Shown: positions 26,196-32,140 of the stretch, piece by piece | Layout: each line of letters starts with the position of its first letter | Numbering within the stretch: the stretch's first letter is position 1 | Origin: an uncultured Gemmatimonadota bacterium | GTDB taxonomy: Bacteria; Blakebacterota; Blakebacteria; Blakebacterales; Blakebacteraceae | DNA length: 32,140 nt | NCBI GenBank assembly: GCA_964576115.1 | Contig: CAZNUA010000008.1 | Location: 62,001-94,140, forward strand | Direction: 5' to 3' | The notes under the pieces: generated by a model | What the model was told of the DNA's origin: nothing | What the model saw: only the letters and a program-made list of their open reading frames with translations | The model's database searches: none | Made by a program: the position numbers and the translations under genes

Positions 26196-27149
26196 CTACT
26201 CCGCGGGTGCCGGTTCGGCTACGACCAGTTCGTAGAAAGCGGGCAGCAGGGTTTCGTGCCGGCCCAGAAAAATGTGCCCGCTGCCGCCCGAGGTGATGGG
26301 TCGTGACACCACGTTCATGCGGGGCCGGTAGTGATCGATCATGTCGAATACGGCGGCGTCGAATCCCCGGGCTTCGGCGCCGGCGTTGCGAACCATTGCC
26401 AGAGCCTTGAGAAAGACCTCGGGCATGACGACCGCAGATCCCACGTTGAGGACCGCCGAACCGGGCCCGAGTTCCTCCATCCGGCGGGCAAAGATCCGAA
26501 AGTCGCGGTAGCTCAGACCGCCCACCAGCTCGCCGTCCATGGCCGGGTGCTGGTGAATGATCTCGGTTCCGATGGCCGAATGCACCGTCACCGGTACCCC
26601 GGCCCGGTAGAGCCGCCAGAAAAGGCTGGCTTCACGATGGGGCAACGCCTGCTCCTCGATATAGGCCCCCACCCCTTCGCCGTACCCCAGGTCGAGTTCG
26701 CGGGCCAGGCGGCCGGCGGCATGCAGGTGGGACGCCGTCTCATCCCACATGCCGAAATCGCCCCCCTCGAGATTGGCCTCGACATCCTCGCTGGTGGCTC
26801 CGATCAGGGCCAGTTCGAAATCGTGGATCATGGAGGCTCCGTTGGTGGCCACGCAGCTCACGATCCCGCGCTCGGCCAGGTCGATCACGTAGGGGCTGCA
26901 GCCCACCTTGATCACGTGGGCGCCCATCATCCAGATGACCGGCCGGCCCGCTTCGCCGGCTGCGCGAACCCGCCGGGAAAAAGCGACGAATTCGTCGCCG
27001 TTGGGGATCGAGGGCGGGCTCTGCTCCGCCTCGGACCGGGGCCGGGGTGCGAGCGGGGTCGCCAGATCGGCCAGGGTGACCTTGTTCCGGCGCTCGGCCA
27101 GCGGCAGCGGTTTCAGCCGGGAGGTATCGAACGATTCATACCGGCTCAT
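26196..27149 (-). CDS. Conserved hypothetical protein with a deoxyhypusine-synthase-like fold
   Basis: MGAHVIKVG, ATNGA..IHDFELA, TSEDV, VTVHSAIGTEIIHQHP, GSAVVMPEVFLKAL and GRHE motifs, recognised as a conserved family of unknown function. ATGA overlap with GT9. Confidence 0.7.
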   Translation of the reverse strand: MSRYESFDTSRLKPLPLAERRNKVTLADLATPLAPRPRSEAEQSPPSIPNGDEFVAFSRRVRAAGEAGRPVIWMMGAHVIKVGCSPYVIDLAERGIVSCVATNGASMIHDFELALIGATSEDVEANLEGGDFGMWDETASHLHAAGRLARELDLGYGEGVGAYIEEQALPHREASLFWRLYRAGVPVTVHSAIGTEIIHQHPAMDGELVGGLSYRDFRIFARRMEELGPGSAVLNVGSAVVMPEVFLKALAMVRNAGAEARGFDAAVFDMIDHYRPRMNVVSRPITSGGSGHIFLGRHETLLPAFYELVVAEPAPAE

Positions 27150-28255
27150 GGGCTCCCGCCCTCCCCTGTCCCGCCCGTCCGTTCCGGTCCTTCACGCCGG
27201 CTGCGGTGGGGCGACTGGGACGTCATGCCGAGAGCGACATCGCGGACGGCCGCGGGCGTGATCCGTTCCAGACAGTTGAATTCGGGGCACCTCTCCAGCG
27301 TGCAGACGGTCTCGTTACAGATCTCAGGGGGCGGGGTGAAGACCTTGTGCCCGGTTCCGAACGGTCCCCACCTGACCGGGCTCATCCCCGCCGCGGCCGG
27401 GTAGAGTCCGATCACCTTGGTCCCCACCGCCGCGGCCAGATGCAGGGGGCCGGTCGAGTTGGCCACGACCGTATCGCATTGCTTCAGGATCCAGGCCAGC
27501 TGCCCCAGAGTGGTCCGGCCGATCAGATCCACCACGCCCTCAACCTCCCGCACGGGCCCGGCCAGGTCGGCGTCGGCTGTCGAGCCGGTCACAACGACCT
27601 GCACGCCGTCGCCCATGAGCGCCGCGGCCAGTTCCGAGAAACTGGCCGCTGGCCAGAGCAGATGGGAGTAACTGCCATCGGGGCGCAGACGCGAGCCGGG
27701 ATGCAGAGCGATAAGCGGCCGGTCGTCTTGGACTCCGGCGCTGGAGAGTACGGCCCGGGCGGCCTCGCGATCGGCCGGCGGCGGGGGCAGGTAATACTGA
27801 GGCGCCCCGTAATGGGCATCGGTGAGCTTCTGCAGCAGTTCGAGGTTGTAGAGAACCTCGTGCTGCAGGTTCCGGCTGCGGTGACCGTACCAGCGAACAT
27901 TGAACAGGGGGCCGTAGAACCTGTTGGCGGTGCCGACCCTCAGGGGAATGTTCGCCCACACCGCGGCCAGGGCGTTGCGGGGGGTCGGACGCATCACGAG
28001 CAGGGCATCGAATCGGCGGCTCTTGAGCAGGCGGGACAGCACCCCGACCCGGCCGCCCGGATCGGCGTGCACGTCGTCGAGATCGGGATGCGCGCTCAGC
28101 AGTTCTGTAAAAGCCCCGTTACAGACGAGTTCAACATGCACCCCGGAGTCGATCTGTTTGACCGCCGAAGCCACGGGTAGAACCAGCAGGGTATCTCCCA
28201 GGGCATCGTTGCGCAGCAGCCCGAGACGCTCGATCGACACTTCGCCGTGGATCAT
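27146..28255 (-). CDS. Glycosyltransferase family 9 (LPS heptosyltransferase-like)
   Basis: LRNDALGDTLL, ALHPGS, DLIGRTTL, NSTGPLHLAAAVG and RWGP motifs; Cys-rich C-terminus. Confidence 0.9.
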   Translation of the reverse strand: MIHGEVSIERLGLLRNDALGDTLLVLPVASAVKQIDSGVHVELVCNGAFTELLSAHPDLDDVHADPGGRVGVLSRLLKSRRFDALLVMRPTPRNALAAVWANIPLRVGTANRFYGPLFNVRWYGHRSRNLQHEVLYNLELLQKLTDAHYGAPQYYLPPPPADREAARAVLSSAGVQDDRPLIALHPGSRLRPDGSYSHLLWPAASFSELAAALMGDGVQVVVTGSTADADLAGPVREVEGVVDLIGRTTLGQLAWILKQCDTVVANSTGPLHLAAAVGTKVIGLYPAAAGMSPVRWGPFGTGHKVFTPPPEICNETVCTLERCPEFNCLERITPAAVRDVALGMTSQSPHRSRREGPERTGGTGEGGSP

Positions 28256-29490
28256 GCCGTGTTGTCCTCCATCCCTGCCGCTCCGGCGTCGGGCGGCCCG
28301 GTTTCGTTCTCAGTCACACGTTGCGCCGCGACCTGGCGACGGCGCTCCGAGGCCTGCTCGACGATCCGGTCGAAGCCCTTCTCGAGTTCGCCCCGGATCG
28401 TTTTCAACGTCTTGCGGTAGGCGGCCAGCGGCCGTCCGATCGGATCCTCGAGGTCGCGCGATCCCAGCGGCTGCCGTCCCGCCAGTTCGGCTCCGATCCG
28501 GCGCAGCAGATGGGTCCGGTCGGCTGCCATCGGATTGAGCAGGGCAACCCGCTGCCGCTGCCCCTCGGTCATCACTACAATGATATCTGCTTCCTGCGTC
28601 ATTTGGGGCGTGATCTGTCGCGGCCGGTGAGCGGAGATGTCGATGCCTTCTTCCCAGGCGACCTCCTGCGCTTCGGTCACCGCCGAGCCCCAGTTCACCG
28701 CCGCCACCCCGGCCGAAGCGGCGTCGATGCGCTCCTCCAGACCCCGTTGCCGCAACTGGGTCAGGAAAGCCCCCTCGGCCATGGGGCTGCGGCAGGTATT
28801 GCCGGTGCAGACGAAAAGCACCAGCGGAATCGCCTCGCCTCCCTCCACCGGCAGGCCGGTCAGACGGGCCAGACTGTTGCGGCTCACCGCTCCCTCGCGA
28901 ACGACCCGCAGAGGCAGCGAGCGGGAATCGACGATCGTACTCGGTGGCCCCGGAGCCAGGACCGGGCCGCGGACGATGCCCGCCAGGCCATGGGGAAATG
29001 TCCGCCCGATATCCCCGGGATCGGTCAGGGGCTCGCGTCCGGCCGGATTGGCGCTGGTCGAGGTGATCGGGAACCCGGCCACAGCCGGCAGTTCGCGGGC
29101 CACCCGCTCGCCCGGCACCCTGACCGCGACCGTGCCCTCCGGCCCCGTGACGGCGGCGGGCAGGCCGGACCGGGCCGGCAGGAGCAGGGTCACCGGTCCC
29201 GGCCAGCAGCGCGCGGCGATTGTGACCGCGGCCTCGGGAACTTCTGCCGCCAGTGTCCAGGCTTCATCGGCCGACGCGGTGACGAGCAGGAAGGGCCCGG
29301 CGGTGCGACCCTTGAGCTCGGCCAAACGTTCGAGAGCGGCGCCGTCGAAGGCGCTCGCACCCAGGCCGTACTGGGTCTCGGTGGGATAGGCCACGATACC
29401 GCCCCGCCGCAGGGCCTCGGCGGCGGCGAGCAACCCGGCCTCATCGGAGGTGAAACGCTGCAGTCCCTCTCTGTCTCCCCGGTCCGGCAC
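28252..29490 (-). CDS. tsaC: Fusion of threonylcarbamoyl-AMP synthase (TsaC/YrdC) and a low-molecular-weight protein phosphatase
   Basis: N-domain PTETQYGL, LKGR, WPGPVT, AVRVP and STSAN; C-domain FVCTGNTCRSPMAE, SAG, H.PRQ and DPIG; one continuous ORF. Confidence 0.9.
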   Translation of the reverse strand: MPDRGDREGLQRFTSDEAGLLAAAEALRRGGIVAYPTETQYGLGASAFDGAALERLAELKGRTAGPFLLVTASADEAWTLAAEVPEAAVTIAARCWPGPVTLLLPARSGLPAAVTGPEGTVAVRVPGERVARELPAVAGFPITSTSANPAGREPLTDPGDIGRTFPHGLAGIVRGPVLAPGPPSTIVDSRSLPLRVVREGAVSRNSLARLTGLPVEGGEAIPLVLFVCTGNTCRSPMAEGAFLTQLRQRGLEERIDAASAGVAAVNWGSAVTEAQEVAWEEGIDISAHRPRQITPQMTQEADIIVVMTEGQRQRVALLNPMAADRTHLLRRIGAELAGRQPLGSRDLEDPIGRPLAAYRKTLKTIRGELEKGFDRIVEQASERRRQVAAQRVTENETGPPDAGAAGMEDNTA

Positions 29491-29499
29491 CTGACGGTA

Positions 29500-29946
29500 T
29501 CAGCCGCGCTGGCGTTCGCGGAACCCGGCCCATGCCTTGGCGATCTCATCATCACCCCGGGCCAGGATGCAGACCGCGAGATAGGCGGCATTGCGGGCGT
29601 TGCCGATCCCCACGCACGCCACCGGCACTCCGGGCGGCATCTGGGCGATCGAAAGCAGACTGTCGAGTCCCCCCAGGGCGGCTTCGAGGGGAACCCCGAT
29701 CACCGGCAGTTCGGTATGGGCGGCGACCACTCCGGGCAGAGCCGCGCTCAGGCCGGCCCCGCAGATGAAGATCTCCACCCCCCGTTCGGGGGCCGTGCGG
29801 ACGAACTCTACCACCCGCTCGGGATTGCGGTGGGCCGAGAGCACTGTCTCTTCATACTCGATCCCGAATTCATCCAGAACGACGGCGGCCTTCTGCATGA
29901 CGGTCTGGTCCGATTCGCTGCCCATCATGATCGCAACTCGCGGCAT
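29500..29946 (-). CDS. purE: N5-carboxyaminoimidazole ribonucleotide mutase
   Basis: MGSESD, SAHR.P, AGLSAALPG, PVIGVP and DSLLSIAQMPPGVPVA motifs. ATG 29946 follows GGAGG. Confidence 0.97.
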   Translation of the reverse strand: MPRVAIMMGSESDQTVMQKAAVVLDEFGIEYEETVLSAHRNPERVVEFVRTAPERGVEIFICGAGLSAALPGVVAAHTELPVIGVPLEAALGGLDSLLSIAQMPPGVPVACVGIGNARNAAYLAVCILARGDDEIAKAWAGFRERQRG

Positions 29947-29971
29947 CTCTATCCTCCGGCTCCGACGCCCG

Positions 29972-31246
29972 TCAGCGCTCCAGGGCGCGCCAGGCGATAT
30001 CTCTGCGACAGTACTTGCCCTCGAACTCGATCGTGTCGACCCGGGCATAAGCCCGGTCGACGGCGGTGCGTATATCCGGTGCGAAAGCCGTCACCCCCAG
30101 AACCCGACCCCCGGCGGTGACGATCCCCTCCTCCGTCTGTTTCGTGCCGGCGTGGAACACGATGACGTCTTTGGTTTCAGCCCCCAGTCCCCGGATCGGG
30201 AAGCCCTTTTCATAGGAACCGGGATAGCCGCCCGAGGCCAGCACCACGCAGACCGCTGCTCCGTCGGCGATCTCCAGGCACCCGGGGTCGAGATCGCCGT
30301 TGGCGGCGTCGAGCAGGGCCCGGCCCAGATCGCCATTCACCAGCGGCAGGACGACCTGGGTTTCGGGATCGCCGAAACGGCAGTTGAACTCGATCACCCG
30401 GGGCTCTCCGGCCTCGTCGATCATCAGACCGGCATACAGAACCCCCCGGTAGTCGATTCCCTCGCCGTTCAGCGCCGCCAGGATCGGACCGAGGACACGC
30501 TCGTGCACCCGGCCCATGACGTCGGGGTCGGCCACCGGAGCCGGGGCATAGGCTCCCATGCCGCCGGTGTTGGGTCCGGTATCTCCCTCGCCCACCGCCT
30601 TGTGATCCTGGCTGGCCACCAGGGGAAGCAGAACCCGGCCGTCGGTAATCGCCAGGATCGAGGCTTCCTCGCCGGTGAGCAATTCTTCGATCACGACCAT
30701 ATCGCCCGCTTCTCCGAAGCGCCGTTCGATCATGATCTCACGTACCGTGGCCTTTGCTTCGTCCCGGTCGGCGCAGACGATCGAACCCTTGCCCGCCGCC
30801 AGACCGGAGGCCTTGACGACGATGCCCCCCTGTCCCTCGTCAAGCCAGGCCAGGGCCTCGTCGGGATCGGTGAAAGTACGGTAGGCTGCGGTCGGGATCC
30901 CGGCCCGGGCCATCAGATCCTTGCACCAGGCTTTCGAGCCCTCGAGCCGGGCGCCGTCGGCGCCGGGGCCGAAACAGGGGATCTCCTCGGCCCGCAGCCT
31001 GTCGGCCAGACCGAGAGTGAGCGGCAGTTCGGGGCCCACCACCACCAGATCGACCTTTTCCCCCAGGGCCAGGGCGGTCACAGCCTCCAGGTCGTCGACC
31101 GCCACCGCATGACAGACGGCCTGTTTCTGCATGCCCGGATTGCCCGGGGCGGCCAGCACTTCGGTGACCGACGGCGAGCGGGCCAGAGCCCAGACGAGGG
31201 TATGCTCCCGACCGCCGGATCCGACAACGAGTACTTTCATGGACAC
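29972..31246 (-). CDS. purD: Phosphoribosylamine--glycine ligase
   Basis: GSGGREH, VGPE, LEGSK, GLAAGKG, SQDHK, GPNTGGMG, EFNCRFGDPE, FHAGT and GGRVL motifs. Confidence 0.98.
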   Translation of the reverse strand: MSMKVLVVGSGGREHTLVWALARSPSVTEVLAAPGNPGMQKQAVCHAVAVDDLEAVTALALGEKVDLVVVGPELPLTLGLADRLRAEEIPCFGPGADGARLEGSKAWCKDLMARAGIPTAAYRTFTDPDEALAWLDEGQGGIVVKASGLAAGKGSIVCADRDEAKATVREIMIERRFGEAGDMVVIEELLTGEEASILAITDGRVLLPLVASQDHKAVGEGDTGPNTGGMGAYAPAPVADPDVMGRVHERVLGPILAALNGEGIDYRGVLYAGLMIDEAGEPRVIEFNCRFGDPETQVVLPLVNGDLGRALLDAANGDLDPGCLEIADGAAVCVVLASGGYPGSYEKGFPIRGLGAETKDVIVFHAGTKQTEEGIVTAGGRVLGVTAFAPDIRTAVDRAYARVDTIEFEGKYCRRDIAWRALER

Positions 31247-31370
31247 TCCTCCCCTGAGCGGTGCACGCCGCTTCCTGCTTTACCCCGGCCGCCGGCGGAT
31301 CCGTACAGACCGGCCGCCGGGCACCACCAGAGTATGATGAGGAGGGGTGAAAGGACCAGAGCTTATTGAC

Positions 31371-32009
31371 TTACTTGCCGATCGCGATCCCGATCCGGAC
31401 CATCGGACCGTTGGTGGTCACATCGTACAGATCGGGCACCTCGCCGGCGGGGATCGGTTTGGCATGTCCGTTGATCTGCATATACCCCGCTTCGAGCAGC
31501 AGCTTGATCGGCACCACCTCCAGACTCACGATGAAGCCCAGGAAAGCCTGAAAGCCGATCTCGCTATCGGCACGCAGATCGTTGGTGCCGATCACGAACT
31601 GGGGAACCTCGTCCCAGACCGACCAGTTCAGTCCGCCGGAGAAATACACCCCGAAGTCCTCGCGCGCGCCGACATTGAGGTAATAGGCCTTGTAGCCCAC
31701 GTGGTAATCGCGCACTGACGAACCGTTATCGTATTCCCATGAGGCGCCGTCGAACCACATGTACCCCGGACTGACGGTCAGGCCCAGGAGCTGGAAGCCG
31801 ACCTCGACCGCCCCCGTGTTGCGCCAGTCGAGGGTCTGCTGGTTGAGTCCACCCTGAATCCAGGTGGAGCGCGTCTGCCCGCCGAAAACCGCCAGATATG
31901 GCTTGAGTTGAGCCTCGGCCGGAGCCGGCAGAGCCAGTACCGACACCAGCACCGCCAGCACCGCCGCCTTTTTCATCATCCCGTTCATCCCTGTTCCGTT
32001 CTGTCCCAT
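31371..32009 (-). CDS. Hypothetical exported protein, probable small outer-membrane beta-barrel
   Basis: Signal peptide MKKAAVLAVLVSVLALPAPAEA; alternating hydrophobic/aromatic beta strands; ends VRIGIAIGK. The real start may be a downstream ATG near 31979. Confidence 0.65.
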   Translation of the reverse strand: MGQNGTGMNGMMKKAAVLAVLVSVLALPAPAEAQLKPYLAVFGGQTRSTWIQGGLNQQTLDWRNTGAVEVGFQLLGLTVSPGYMWFDGASWEYDNGSSVRDYHVGYKAYYLNVGAREDFGVYFSGGLNWSVWDEVPQFVIGTNDLRADSEIGFQAFLGFIVSLEVVPIKLLLEAGYMQINGHAKPIPAGEVPDLYDVTTNGPMVRIGIAIGK

Positions 32010-32078
32010 GTCCTGCTTCCCCGTGCACCCCGGGTACGGCAGCGGCCGCGGTCTTCTTCAAGAATGTAAGAATGTCCT

Positions 32079-32107
32079 AAAGTAGTGTCCGTGCCTCCCG
32101 AGTGCAA
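32079..32107 (-). promoter_or_regulatory. Putative sigma70 promoter for the beta-barrel gene
   Basis: Minus strand TTGCAC-17 bp-TACTTT. Confidence 0.5.
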
Positions 32108-32140
32108 ACGTGCTCCACCGGTCCCCGGTTTACCCGGCGG

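Noticed and set aside
29947..30048. Longer purE start given by the ORF track
   Set aside because: It overlaps purD; the SD and family N-terminus support ATG 29946.
479..31369. Many long plus-strand ORFs (e.g. 479..2404, 4808..6700, 13904..16162, 28321..30120, 29591..31369)
   Set aside because: Antisense shadows of well-supported minus-strand genes, expected in high-GC DNA; no recognisable motifs.

Overview
High-GC bacterial chromosomal segment from a diderm organism, almost entirely minus-strand. An FCB/Gemmatimonadota-like affinity is inferred from a Bacteroidota-type bS22 peptide, a FlgD/Por-type C-terminal domain, an ADOP-like permease and a GT9 gene. Left to right: the 3' end of a saccharopine/lysine dehydrogenase; an orphan duplicated MacB-type permease; agmatinase; an unknown outer-membrane-like protein directly downstream of a TPP-riboswitch-controlled thiC; a divergent glucosylglycerate-synthase-like glycosyltransferase; a metal-uptake operon (DtxR/MntR regulator with a hydrophobic N-terminus and two FeoA domains, plus a split FeoB) behind a perfect 22-bp operator; an M14 carboxypeptidase overlapping the end of proS; three uncharacterised envelope genes; tRNA-Arg(CCG), whose first 10 nt hold the last codons and stop of an upstream excisionase-like HTH gene; a tandem HD-GYP phosphodiesterase behind a 31-aa bS22 gene missing from the ORF track; and a long purD-purE-(tsaC/phosphatase fusion)-GT9-(DHS-like)-SPOR-mltD-sppA-IHF/HU run, with a beta-barrel-like gene upstream of it. 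No integrase, transposase, CRISPR array or rRNA was found. The best leads are the HTH/tRNA overlap, the possibly membrane-anchored Mn-type Feo regulator module, the bS22/HD-GYP pair and the DHS-like gene. All calls are by motif recognition; no searches were run.
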